DNA of 64,000 bases from Octopus vulgaris (taxonomy: Eukaryota), in assembly GCA_951406725.2 (NCBI GenBank), contig OX597825.1, positions 77,562,001 to 77,626,000 of the forward strand. The letters are read 5' to 3'. Under the pieces are notes generated by a model. It saw only the letters and a program-made list of their open reading frames with translations, did not search any database and had not been told where the DNA came from. Made by a program: the position numbers and the translations under genes. This document shows, piece by piece, positions 28,694 to 43,268 of this stretch (its first letter is position 1; every line of letters starts with the position of its first letter).

Positions 28694-28827
28694 GAGTAAG
28701 CCTATAAATGCAAAACAAGGTGGAAAAAAAAACAGTGCTCGAATACCGAAGGTAGAGTGATATGCTTTTTGTTTTTATTAAAGATGCAAAAACATAACAA
28801 AAATATCACAAAAAAATTGCTACTCAA
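27991..28827. repeat. Three alternating-orientation copies of a pLTR-like repeat
   Basis: 27991-28076 is the reverse complement of 28095-28182. 28126-28255 (..GCATATTACTCTACCTCCGGTATTCGAG..) is the reverse complement of 28694-28827 (..CTCGAATACCGAAGGTAGAGTGATATGC..). Confidence 0.75.
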
Positions 28828-29010
28828 TATATATAAAAGTGTGAGTAGCAATTTATATATATTTATATTGATAAAAATGGTAAGACAACAAAAGAAAGAG
28901 AGACCTCGATATTATGTAAATAGAGGAATTTATCTGTAAAAGTAATATGTGACAATTATTCAGTAGGCATGATAAAACTCCGAGTTTTATATATGTATGT
29001 ATATATATAT

Positions 29011-29233
29011 CTACTACCCACAAGGGGCCAAACACAGAGGGGACAAACAAGGACAGACAAACGGATGAAGTCGATTAAATCGACCCCAGTGCGTAACTGG
29101 CATTTTATTTATCGAACCCGAAAAGATGAAAGGCAAAGTGGACCTCGACAGAATTTGAACTCAGAACGTAACGGCAGACGAAATACAGCTACGCATTTCG
29201 CCCGGCGCGCTAACGTTTCTGCCAGCTCGCCGC
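29011..29233 (-). mobile_element. SINE family B, full length
   Basis: Reverse complement of the 33200-33432 unit. Confidence 0.85.
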
Positions 29234-29242
29234 TCTCATGTA

Positions 29243-29471
<229 letters not shown>

Positions 29472-29991
29472 GTGATGTGTGTCTGCACATGCGTGTGTAT
29501 GTAGAAATAAACAGGCCAGATTGCGCAGTAAGAACCCCAGATTTGGGTTTCAAACGCAGTGTTCTTTATGTTTGCCAAGAGAAAGACAAAATTTTGATAA
29601 CGAAGTTTAAGTTCCGACATCGGACGAGAAACGATGTTTCTTAAGTGTTACAGAAAAAGACACTGGAAACACGTGCGCAATACACACAAACACACACATA
29701 CAGTGTCATACGCACAAATACGCGAATGTGTGTGTAAATGCATATAGGTGAAAATATACTTATGAATGCATATGCATACCTGGAAACCCATGAAAGATAT
29801 ATGTGGAGATATCATTAGATATTTATATGAAGCTGAAGCCTCACTTCGTTGTTACTCCGAGTTTCTATCACTTACATCGCCGGGAAGAACCGTAGCGAGA
29901 AAACGGGGAGTAGCCACCGAGAAAACCCAGTCTCATATATATAAATAAACATAATTTACTTTGCGTATTTTGTACATACATTTTTTCTACT

Positions 29992-30130
<139 letters not shown>

Positions 30131-30216
30131 GTATGTATATAGTCGCCATGATTGATCGTTAGCCACTACACACATTTTTTCTCTCCTTTTTTCGCTCCTT
30201 GCTTTTTTCTGTGCCC

Positions 30217-30252
30217 CTTTCTGTAGAAGAGCGTAGGCTCGAAACGTAAAAG
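30217..30252 (+). ncRNA. Minimal type-I hammerhead-like motif (A6U variant)
   Basis: CTTT-CTGTAGA-A-GAGC(gtag)GCTC-GAA-ACGT-A^AAAG. Stem I is CTTT/AAAG, stem II is GAGC/GCTC, helix III is the palindrome ACGT, and the triplet is GUA. It lies in an element of about 200 nt between (TA)n tracts. Confidence 0.6.
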
Positions 30253-30343
30253 ACTTTTTCTATTCCTGAGCCTTATACTAATACATCTGTTTGTTTTGTA
30301 CACCACCTGTCTTTGTCTTTTATTTTTTTCGTAAACTCTCCCT

Positions 30344-30400
<57 letters not shown>

Positions 30401-30613
30401 AGCAGAGTGAGAGAGATATAGAAATATAGCTGTACGTACTCCTGCACACACATTTGTATATGTGTTGGTTTGTGTGTTGGTTTGTGTACATACATAAATA
30501 AATAAATGCATACATATATAGCATGCACACCTTCATCCTTATAAAGATATCTTTATATCTGTGCATATGTATGTGTCTTTATGTTAATGTAGATCTCTGT
30601 ATACACGCATACA

Positions 30614-30648
<35 letters not shown>

Positions 30649-31660
30649 AGTATATATATATTCATAAATGTATAAGAATGCATATTTGCAATTATTTATA
30701 CATAAATATACATAAAACATGTAAATAATATATACACGATATTGCATGCATTTATGTATGCTTGTATGTCGACACACAGAATCGGAAGACCAATTAATCT
30801 ATAAATCGACCAGTCCAATTGATCAATGACCAATTTATCAACTTTAATATTTCTACTAATTCGATTAACCACCACGAGTCATACCATGTGATTCTGCTTT
30901 CACATATGACTGAATGTGCATATGTAATCAAGCGACGAGCGTTGTGATCTGCAGCCCTGATAACATGGCACATGTTTACTGACATGAACAGAAGAGGAAG
31001 CCAACGGAAAAACTCCATACATCAACCAAAAAATATTACGTAAATATAATCTTTTGATCGATTGTTATAAACAATTGAAAGAATGGAAGATATGTTGTCT
31101 GGTGCAATGTTTTAGCTTTTCATAACACAGCACAATGCAGCATAATATATTTATCGGACAAAAACAATGAAACAAGAAGCGGGGAAAGAATAGAGTGACC
31201 TTGTGCACGGCCGATTGATGTTTTAGAAAAACACTTAACTAACCCTCCAGTCACTTCTTGTGGTATATTGTGAAGAAAATGGATGTTATTCGAATTGTGC
31301 AATAGAAGAAGTCCAAAATTAAATCTTTATAGTGAATCTTTTACTTTTACTTTTCATGTATATCTCTGAAAACCCAAAAGCTGCAGTTTTCATCCGAAAA
31401 AATATATTGGTTTAGTGTTTTTAGGCGAATCGAAATTGTCCTGAAAATGACGGCAAGAGTGACAGGTGCATTTCACCGTACGTGCGACTTGTCAGTGACA
31501 CGTACACGAGTTACTTCTGAAACAATGACCAATTGGGTAGTCTGAGATATATAGAAAGTATATAAACAATATACTGGTCTGCAATGACCACCACGTCGGC
31601 TGAATAAAGTTCGAGTCATACAAGAGAAGCAGCATTAAACTAAAATCATTTTATATCATA

Positions 31661-31991
31661 CTAGCAGTATCGCCCGTTATGTAGCTTGTTATTCTCTTTA
31701 AGTGAACAATTTTCTGGTTGAAATGCACCGAAAAATGGCGACACAACAGTAAAAAAAATCGTTAAAAATAGGGATTTTCATAGAAAAAAGCACCTTCTTT
31801 ATGTCAATAATTTTTGGCGTTAACATGGTCAAATTTGAATTTTTTTCTTCTACGGAAGGAAGAGCAAGCCTTCTTCTATCATACTTTCAATTTTGGTCAA
31901 CTTGCGCTGCAGGGTCTCGGAAGAGATAATGTTTGTTGAAGGCTACCAAACCTGGCATACACAGACAACTTCAGCTTTATATAGAGAGAGA
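31661..31991 (-). mobile_element. Non-autonomous Helitron
   Basis: The minus strand begins A|TCTCTCTCTATATAAAGCTGAAGTTGTCTGTG and ends CGGGCGATACTGCTAG|T, i.e. 5'-TC...CTAG-3' inserted between A and T. The subterminal hairpin is partly deleted. Confidence 0.7.
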
Positions 31992-32344
31992 TTTAACGCA
32001 TGTGTATCGTTGAAGCTGCAGAAGTATTTTGTTGTTCAAAAACAATACATCTATAAAGGGATTTTTACTAGGAGGAAAACTGCAGCAACTGGTCTTTTGA
32101 CGTTCATGCGTTAAGTATGTCAGATAAAAAATAGAGGATGAACTAGTTAATGTTGACGGAGATTAACTACGCCAGAATGGAAAGAATAAGTAAGAACGGA
32201 AATGATGGTCACATACATACATACATACATACATACACACACATACATACATAGACACACACATACACACACACACATACATACTTACATACATACATAC
32301 ATACACACATACATACATACAGCGGCAATGACTGTATGGTGAAT

Positions 32345-32596
32345 ATTCGACAAAGGAACATGATTTCTGGTGACATCGAAGGAGAGGAGCTTTCTCCGTC
32401 CGGGTTGCGGATCCGTGGATACATACATACACACACATGGTGAAGATACCGACGACCGCTTTGTTCAAAGCCTCCCTGGACCTCAAGTGGCCTGAACTCT
32501 TTACATGAACACCACCCTGTACTTAACTCCATGTCCCCCTACATGGCCTTGCTTTTTGCTTTTGAGCCAAATTAACTAACTAACTAACTAACTAAC
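32345..32596 (+). mobile_element. CR1-type LINE 3' end with (TAAC)n tail
   Basis: RRRGAFSVRVADPW...MVKIPTTALFKASLDLKWPELFT* (CR1 'FFS.RV...WN.LP...FK..LD' pattern), then a short UTR and (TAAC)6. Confidence 0.7.
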
Positions 32597-33199
32597 ATCG
32601 TGAAACGAAACTTTTTACTAAGGCAACTATAAAACTATAAAAGGTAAGCATTTATACATACATACATGCATACATACATACATACATACATACATACATA
32701 CATACATACATACATACATACATACATACATACATACATACGTATGTGGTGTATTATGTGTGTGTGTGTGTGCGTTATACAAGCACATGCACACACACAC
32801 ACACATATATAAAGATAGATGAAGTGATTCATTGACTGATTGATTTGTTGATGTGTGTACAGCTAATTTATAGTATTCGTCATCGCATCGCTGTTCTGTA
32901 AGTATTCTTAGAGGCTTGGTTCGGAATAAGACCTCTAACCAAAATATTTGATCCAGTGGAACTTCAAATTTGTCACAGTTGAAGGTGGAATGGTTTGTAC
33001 ATACGTGATGTAGATTCCTGCATCGTTATGCGTGTTTGTGTGTGTGTGTGTCTGTGTCTGTGCGTGTGTGTGTGTGTGAATGATTGAACAAACGAAAAGA
33101 TATACAATGGACATCTCGTTGGTATTGAATGTTTTTTGGGGTCGTGTCGCTCGTAAGGGTGTGGTACTCACGATCGTAATATTATTGTTATTATTGTAA

Positions 33200-34205
33200 G
33201 GCAGCGAACTGGCAGAAACGTTAGCACGCCTGGAGAAATTCTTAGGGGTATTTCGTCTGCCGTTACGTTCTGAGTTCAAATTCCACCGAGGTCGACTTTG
33301 CCTTTCATCCTTTCGGGGTCGATAAATTAAGTACCACTTACGCACTGGGGTCGATGTAATCGACTTAATCCCTTTGTCTGTCCTTGTTTGTCCCCTCTAA
33401 GTTTAGCCCCTTGTAGGCAATAAAGGAATAAGGAACCTTAGCAGGCCGGGCAAAATGCCGTATTCTGTCCGTCACTGCGTTCTGAGTTCAAATTCTGCGG
33501 TGGTCTACTTTGCGTTTCATCTTTTGGGGACGATAAAATGAGTAACTGTTGAACACTGGTGTTGATGCAACCGCCTCAATTTTCCCTCGAAATTTACAGG
33601 CCTTGAACCAAATTTTAAACCAATATTATCGCTATTATTAAGTCAGCGAGTTTTGCCTTTCATCATTTTGGAGTTGATAAAATAAGTACAAGTTGTGTAC
33701 TTGGGTCTATATAATAGACTATCGCTCTCCCTCAAAGTTTTAGACCTTGTGCCTATATTACAAAGGATTGTTAAGGGAGCGAGCTGACAGATGCCGGATA
33801 AAATGCTTAGAGGCATTTAGTCCGTCTTAACGTTTTGTGTTCAAATCCTGCCGAAGTCGACTTCACAGTTCATCTTTTGGGGACCGATAAAATAAGTACC
33901 AGTTGATCACTGGAGCCGACGCAATCGTCTTACCCGCTCCTCCAAAATTGCTAGCGTTATGCCAAAATTTGAAACGAAATTATGGTTTCGATTAGGCCGC
34001 GGACTGGCGAACTCTTTGGCACGCCGGACAGAATGCTTTGCAGCATTTCGCCCGTTTTAAACTTCTGAGCACAAATTCCACCGAGGTTTACTTTACATTT
34101 CATCCTTACAGGGTCGATAAAATAAGTTCCACTTGAGTACTGAGATCGATGTAACTGACTGACCTGACTCCCAAAATTGCTGGCCTTGTAACAGAAATTG
34201 TAACC
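33200..34205 (+). mobile_element. Head-to-tail array of about five SINE family B units
   Basis: TTCTGAGTTCAAAT...GTCGACTTTGCCTTTCATCCTTTCGGGGTCGATAAA..AAGTACC recurs at about 33270, 33480, 33655, 33840 and 34065. The first unit is the best conserved. Confidence 0.85.
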
Positions 34206-34516
34206 AGTAGCACTGTCGTTATTTTAAGCCGTGCATAAAATATGTTATTGCAAACCGTACGTTAAATATCACTTCGTGAGTAGTAGTTCGTTGAAACTAT
34301 ACAACGGAGAGTTTGAGACTTTCTTCAAATAACTTTTTTGTTGTACAGTATATGTAAATACGCGTATATGTATGCATGTTTGAGTGAGCGCGGTGACACT
34401 CTTTATGCGTGTTTCTGCATACACAATATATAGGTACATTCATGTGTGTGTGTGTATGTGTGTGTGTGTGTGTGTATGTGCATGTATGATTGTATGTATG
34501 AATGTATGTATATATA

Positions 34517-35309
34517 CAGGGTGCGATGGGTGAATTGTCACCATTTTATATTTTTCATTTCGCATATGCGCATTGTTTGTTTGTGAGGTTGTCAACTACA
34601 CAGTATAGTAATGTCACTTGGGCATCGTCTGTGAGTAAAAAAATTCGATGACGTAATTCACTCTGCCAGGAATTTGGAAATGACATGATGTGTTGCTTGG
34701 CATTCGCGAAAATGTATCGAGAGTGATAAAAATCACACATCCAGTCAACATCATAGTGTTTAGAGTGATCACTAGTGACGGTGACGTTATGCCTCCATCC
34801 ATCTTCCCACACGGCCTCAGACTCAACACGGAGGTAGTGTTGCCCTGGCTCAATATGGTGACTGTTCGAAGACCTTATGTTTGGCGACAGGACTCTGCAC
34901 CATGCAGCAAAAGCAGTAGAACCCAGTCATGGCTGTCAGACAATTTCTGCGAGCACACCACCCCTGACATCTGGCCATCTAACTTCCCAGATTGCAACCC
35001 CCTTGATTATTATGTATGGGACGCAGTTGAGCGAGAGACCAACAAAACTCCTTGTAACACCAAAGAAGAACTGAAGGCAAGGATTATTGCCGCATTCACC
35101 CACTTAAATAAGGAGACCGTTCAGAAGAGTTGCAGGAGATTCCGAACTTGTCTAGTGGTCATGGTTGAAGCCAATGGCGATTTTATTGAATGAATTTATT
35201 CTTTAGTATTTCAAGATAGTTTCATGTAAGTTTGGTAAATATATCCGTTCAAATGGGATGTTAGTGATATCTTCCTTTTAACGTAATTTAGACGACAATT
35301 TATTCATCG

Positions 35310-35316
<7 letters not shown>
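34517..35316 (+). mobile_element. maT-type (DD37D) Tc1/mariner element, internally deleted, both TIRs present
   Basis: TA|CAGGGTGCGATGGGTGAATTGTC ... GACAATTTATTCATCGCACTCT. ORF 34690-35193 reads VWRQDSAP...WPSNFPDCNPLDYYVW with 37 residues between the two Ds. Confidence 0.85.
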
Positions 35317-35383
<67 letters not shown>

Positions 35384-35922
35384 CTACCTATATCTATCTA
35401 TCTATCTGCATCTCTCTCTCTTTCTCTCTCTTTCTCTTTTTCTCTTTCCCCATATATATATACTTGTGTATGTATATAATGTATATACGAGGGGCGTACC
35501 TCGAAAAGATCAATAGATATCTAGAGGGACGGTTAGATATATAAATGGCGAGATAGCTAGATAGTATTCATTGATGATAGATAAAAAGAGAGATAGATAG
35601 TGAGACAGAGAGAAGGAAGATAGATAGATAGCTGGACCCGTTACAGTCGTCGCGTGTATGTGTGCGTAAATGTAATGATAATAGACGACAACATATATTG
35701 AGAATAATCCTCATACATGCACACAGAGGTACATATACATTATATATGAATAAGGCATATATGGTTATCTTTACAGTTGTATGGGTGTTCGATGTATGCT
35801 CTTTTGCCGAACCGCTAAGTTACGGAGCGGTAAACACACCGGCATCGGTTGACAAGCGATGTTGGGGGTCAAACACACACACAGAAACATAGATAAACAC
35901 AGACACACACACATATACATAC

Positions 35923-36044
<122 letters not shown>

Positions 36045-36162
36045 TATATATATAGATATACATATGGTTTTATGTATATATATATTCATAATCAGGTGGT
36101 GCTATTAAGTTAGACATGGCCTGGACCAATCTCTGGTCGAAACATATCTAAGTTTTATCTAA

Positions 36163-36215
<53 letters not shown>

Positions 36216-36216
<1 letters not shown>

Positions 36217-36867
36217 GGTATGTAGAAAAATACAACATGGACAAGAACGTATAACTCTTAGAAGACGATACAATAAACACGGACAGGACATTCGAAACCC
36301 TCAGTCTTCAGTCAAGAACCGGATCATCGTAGTAATTTCGGCTGATATATATATATATATACACATATGTATATGTATAATAACTTTGATAACTTTGATA
36401 GGTTTCGGCCAGCATGAGCCCAGGCCATGTCTACCTTAGTAGCACCATATGTACATATATGCATAAGTATGTATGCGTGTGTACCTGCGTTCGAGCTTCA
36501 CTCTCCCGTTGTCTATTTTATCGTATATTTGTATATTTATTGCTGTGACATTTCATTTTATTTCTCAGTTGTTCTCCACATTAATTACTAAATGAAATAA
36601 GTACCACTTGGGCTAACATGGACGACAAATCCCCATTTCATTCTGTGCTACAGTATGGCCGGTTAGAAATGCTGTCAACTTGTCTGAAGCGCTTTATACA
36701 AATAGTATTCTTTATATATACATGATATTACTCAGCCGAAATTGCGAAGATGATCTGGTTCTTGACTGATGACTGAGAGCTTCGAAAGTCCCGTCTGTGT
36801 GGTTTTTTTTGTCGTCTTCAAAATGTTTCACGTTCTTGTCCCAGTTTGTGTTTTTTTAACGTTTACC

Positions 36868-36868
<1 letters not shown>
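36216..36868. repeat. Inverted repeat pair (about 130 nt arms)
   Basis: 36216-36345 (..CAGTCAAGAACCGGATCATC..AATTTCGGCTGA) is the reverse complement of 36732-36868 (TCAGCCGAAATT..GATGATCTGGTTCTTGACTG..). Confidence 0.8.
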
Positions 36869-36898
<30 letters not shown>

Positions 36899-36921
36899 TT
36901 ATTTATTCATTTATTTATATA

Positions 36922-37151
36922 CAGTGATCCCTCGTCATATCGCGGTTCACGATTCACCTATCACGGTTTATATTTAAGCTTTCGTCGATTCCTCTGCGGT
37001 GTTGGTTTGCATTTATAATAAAATAAATATATATAAATTATTAAAATAATATTAAAAAAATATACAGTGCAGTACTGTTCATACTTCGCGGATTTTCCCC
37101 GATCGCGCGGGATTTAGGAACGTAGCACGTGCGATAGTTGAGGGATTACAG
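36922..37151. mobile_element. pogo/Tigger-type MITE
   Basis: TA|CAGTGATCCCTCG..TATCGCG ... GCGATAGTTGAGGGATTACAG; degenerate TIRs of about 23 nt and an AT-rich core, about 230 bp in total. Confidence 0.7.
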
Positions 37152-37233
37152 TGTGTATATATATATATATATTTATATATTTGATATAATGTTATATTTG
37201 TGCTATCTTACATATACATTATGCTGATCACAG

Positions 37234-37280
<47 letters not shown>

Positions 37281-37386
37281 GTATAAATTGAAGATATAAT
37301 CATTACAATGATTATTCCACTGGCGTCTCTCCAGCGCCCTTAATTATAATTATAAATTTGTAATTATATACTTAAATATACATAAA

Positions 37387-37422
<36 letters not shown>

Positions 37423-37732
37423 TGTATGTATGTATGTATGTATGTATGTAGGGGGAGAGAAGTGCATGTGTGTAGGGCGGTAGGGAGGTAGGTAGGAATG
37501 CACGCACGTATGAATAACGTTTATATCATATAAGTGTGGTTTATACGTTTGTGGTATTTGAATATTTATATAATCTCATAGAAATGACGAATACATATTT
37601 TTCGCGCACAAATGTAGCATGATTCCGTTATTTATGGTTTACAAGTGTTTTAGAATGTTTATGTTTTTATAAACATAGTATATCATGTCTACTGTGTCAA
37701 CGTCTGCGATATTACAATTTGTGCTCGTGGAA

Positions 37733-37808
<76 letters not shown>

Positions 37809-37812
37809 GAGA

Positions 37813-37970
37813 GGCGCAGATATGGCTGTGGGCTTAGAAGCTTGCTTCCCGACCACATGGTTCCTGGGTCAGGCCCACTGTGTGGCACTTTGAGCAAGTG
37901 CCGTCTACAATAACCTCGAGCTGACCAAAGCCTTGTAAGTGGATGTGGTAAACAGAAACTGAAAGTAGCT

Positions 37971-38022
<52 letters not shown>

Positions 38023-38080
38023 CTTCGACTTTCCGACTAAAAGGTGGTGCTCCAGCATGGTCTTGAAACAGGAAAAAGAG
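37813..38080 (+). mobile_element. SINE family A with internal (TA)n, partly deleted
   Basis: GGCGCAGATATGGCTGTGG..AGCTTGCTTCC...GAAACTGAAAG-(TA)n-...GGTGCTCCAGCATGG. Confidence 0.8.
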
Positions 38081-38688
38081 GAACAAATAAAAGAATATAT
38101 TGCGCGTGCCTGTGAGTGTTTTGTATGCTAATGTATTCATATCTATTTCCTTATCTATCTATTCATCTATCTGTTTATCTATCTATCTATCTATTTATAT
38201 GTCTGGCTGACTGTCTATATATCTATCTATCTATCTATCTCTATCTCTATCTAAATGTGTTTCCGTATACTCACTTCCGGAAACACACGCACATATGCGC
38301 AGACACAAACACGCACACATACATATACATACACACAAAATACACCACGTGGTATATTATGTCAGTATTATATGATCCGTGTTATGCCACACGTTATATA
38401 CAAACATATGTAATGTATTGTAGAAAGCTTGTTACAGACAAAAATATGTGTGTATATACATATTCGCGCGAGTGTATGCGCGTGTGATAGAGTCATAAAT
38501 GGTTTTGTATACATGTTGTGTATATTGTTCTTCAGTGTTCAAAAGTTTTATTATGTGAGTGTATTAATAACACGTGGCTAACTCAAATAGGATCTACTCT
38601 AAATATATTAAAACGTGTTCCATAGTATAGAAGCGGGTATCGTATTGTAAGCTCCCTAACCACATGTATCCCGGTTCAGCCCACACCC

Positions 38689-38721
<33 letters not shown>

Positions 38722-39171
38722 TATATATAATTTTGAAATAGGATAAAATCTTTATAAGAATTTATCACGTAGTTAGCGTGAAAAATGCCCACAATATGAA
38801 TATATATAAGTATTTAGATGAATCTTTATTAACGGTAAAAGAACCCAACTTTATATATATATTAATATTTATAAATTTAAGTTAGAATAAAGATTCATGT
38901 AAGCCGGTAGAACACATAAAAAAGGCTCTTCAATGTACCATTGCACAAACCACACAGCAAATACTATTATATATATAAGGGAAAAAGAAAAAGTTGGGTT
39001 CTTTTACCGTTAATAAAAATTCATCTTGTGAGTTGAAAATCACCGGTTTTTTTTTGTTTTTTTTTTCAACATTTGTCTATTTATTAGCGAAGTTTCATAT
39101 AAAATAATTTTTGGATTTAATCTTAGATTTAAACGGGTCTTGATTTACTGTTAGGTGACTTTTGCCCAATC

Positions 39172-39231
<60 letters not shown>

Positions 39232-39242
39232 GTATATATATG

Positions 39243-39276
<34 letters not shown>

Positions 39277-39458
39277 TGTATGTGTGTATGTATATACACG
39301 CACATACAAATATATATGCATATATATATACATATATACATATATATTTATATATGTATACATATATAAATACATATATACATTTATTTATATATATATA
39401 TATGTGTATATATATATATATACACATATATATATATGTGTGTATGAGAGAGAGAGTG

Positions 39459-39508
<50 letters not shown>

Positions 39509-40524
39509 CGACGGTCTCCTTGCTGTTTCTGACTACCAAACCCAATCACAAGTATTTTATTAACTCGAGGCTATTGTAGAAGACATTTACCCACGATGTC
39601 TCACGCTGTGAGATTGAACCCGGAACCATGTAGTCGCGAAACAGGCTTCGTACCACGCAGCCACGCAGTCCCAAACGCACACACCAACACAGCTTCGTCT
39701 GCGCTCATGTATAGAACAACCTCCATCTCCCATGATAAAACACAAATATATACACATGTATATCTATGTACATACACACAAAATACTCACACACATACAT
39801 GCGCACACATACAGATATACACATGGACACACATACACACACGCACACACACACACGCACACACACATACATGCGCAAACACAGATATACGGATACACAC
39901 ACATACACACACACACGCACACACACACACACACACATACATGCGCACACACAGATATACACATACACACACATACACACACACACGCACACACACGCAC
40001 ACACACGCACACACAGACACACACTCACGCGCACACACATATTTATTCATACGTGCAGAATCACACAAGTACGCGCTCTTTTTCACAAATATAAGAAATA
40101 TTTTGTATATAAAAATTTCATAAAAATCGCCCCATTTCTCCATCTTTTATACTATATTCTTCAGATATATCGTATTTAGAATGATATCGCGTGTATCCAT
40201 AACATTTACAATAATATCACTATGTTTACAAACATGTATAATATATTGAAGACGTGTTGTATCATATAAGATATACCACGTGTCACATATGTGGGGCATG
40301 GCGTGGATTTTGTTGTCGTTGATGTTATTTAACCCCCGGTAAGTCCTGTTCATCAAATTTGGGTCTTGTGATTAAGAACAACTGACCATCCCGTCGAATT
40401 GGAAACCGTCCCATCTCGTTTTACTTCATTTCAAAATTGATAGGTGTAACTTGAGGGTGATTTAGCGGCTATGTTGCATGGTCACGTGGAGGTTCCTCCT
40501 TATACGCATATATCCATAGACGCG

Positions 40525-40563
<39 letters not shown>

Positions 40564-40688
40564 TAGACAGTATTAATGTTGATGCCAACTTCTACGACAG
40601 ATATAATTCTGGTAATATCTATTATACTTCGAGCCAGTAACGGTTGACTACGTTTTTCCTCCACCTCCTCCTCCTCCTCCTCCTCCTC

Positions 40689-40722
<34 letters not shown>

Positions 40723-40745
40723 CACTTATCACTTATAATAATAAT

Positions 40746-41995
<1,250 letters not shown>

Positions 41996-42182
41996 AATAA
42001 GTTTTTTTCAGGTTTTGGCGCGAGGCCAGAAATGTTAAATGGAAGAGGAGTTGGGGGCGGGACGAATCGATAACTGGCATTCGCTGTTGGAAACTTAAAG
42101 TGCCGGAAGGAATACTACTAAGCGTTTTGTCCGGTACGGTAACTAGTCTCCTATCTTGCCGCTTTACTGCTGCTGCTGCTGT

Positions 42183-42232
<50 letters not shown>

Positions 42233-43088
42233 TTACTACTACTACCGCCCCCCCCCACCGTTCTTATTGCTTTCCGAGTATATTTTTAATAAAGTTTTGG
42301 CTTGTTCCTCTGTTCAATGATGATGATGATGATGATGGCCACAAGTACAAAGAGGATGATAATGATGTTGACAGTGATGATGATGGCGATGATGATGATG
42401 ATAATGAGGATGATGATGATGATGATGATGATGAAGAGGAGGAGGGCGTTGGTGATGGTGATGACGACCAGGACCACATGAACTACTATGATGTTGGTAC
42501 TGATGACAATGTGTCCAGTCCAGCTGTTCGCATCGATATATTTCTCCTTTGCCGCCCTCCTCCCACGCCTCTCCTCTCCACGCCCCCCCCCCTCACCCCA
42601 CCCCCACCCCGCCCTCCTTCTCGCCGTTTCTTTTTCTTTTTCCTTCTTCTTCTTCTTCTTCTTCTTCTTCTTCTTCTTCTGCCATTCACCACCCGCTCTC
42701 GACACCTACCTACCGGTCGTCCGCGCTGCACTGCCCAGAACAAACTCGCAAACTCCAGCCCCAGTTCTATAGCAGTATCAATACTGTCTACTTCTCTTCT
42801 AGTATCAACATCGGTCGGCAACGGCAGCAGTTACAGCACCGGCAGCAGCGGTAGCAGTAGCAGCAGCAACATCAACAGAAACAACAGCAGCAGCAGCAGC
42901 AGCAGCAGCGTACTGACAGCTGTAATTCTTTCTACTTTCACTTTCCGCCAGTTTCCATTTTACAACTTCCGTCCTTATCCGGTTCTTCGTTTTCTCTCTC
43001 ATCTTCGTCCTTCATATTGTTGTTATTGTATCTAGTATCTACCGCATATTTGGTATTGTTCTCGTATATATATACATACATACATACA

Positions 43089-43124
<36 letters not shown>

Positions 43125-43202
43125 TATATACACATATATATATCTTTTTTTCCAACTTAACCAACTTACCGACATTACTGCTGCTGTAGCTGTTAATTAA
43201 TA

Positions 43203-43268
<66 letters not shown>

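Noticed and set aside
33200-34205. Regularly recurring units resembling a CRISPR array
   Set aside because: The units are whole SINE copies of about 200 nt in eukaryotic DNA, with no unique spacers or cas genes.
36120-36150. Stem-loop + GAAACATATC as a hammerhead 3' half
   Set aside because: No CUGANGA upstream in any of three copies; better explained as a LINE 3'-UTR stem-loop.
39135-39174. Solo Tc1/mariner-like TIR (minus strand: TA-CAGGATTGGGCAAAAGTCACC)
   Set aside because: No partner TIR or transposase sequence was found, so it is too weak to call.
42100-43035. 311-aa ORF, the longest non-TE ORF
   Set aside because: It begins with GTG in a SINE remnant and concatenates (ACT)n, (GAT)n, (CTT)n and (AGC)n tracts; no recognisable domain.
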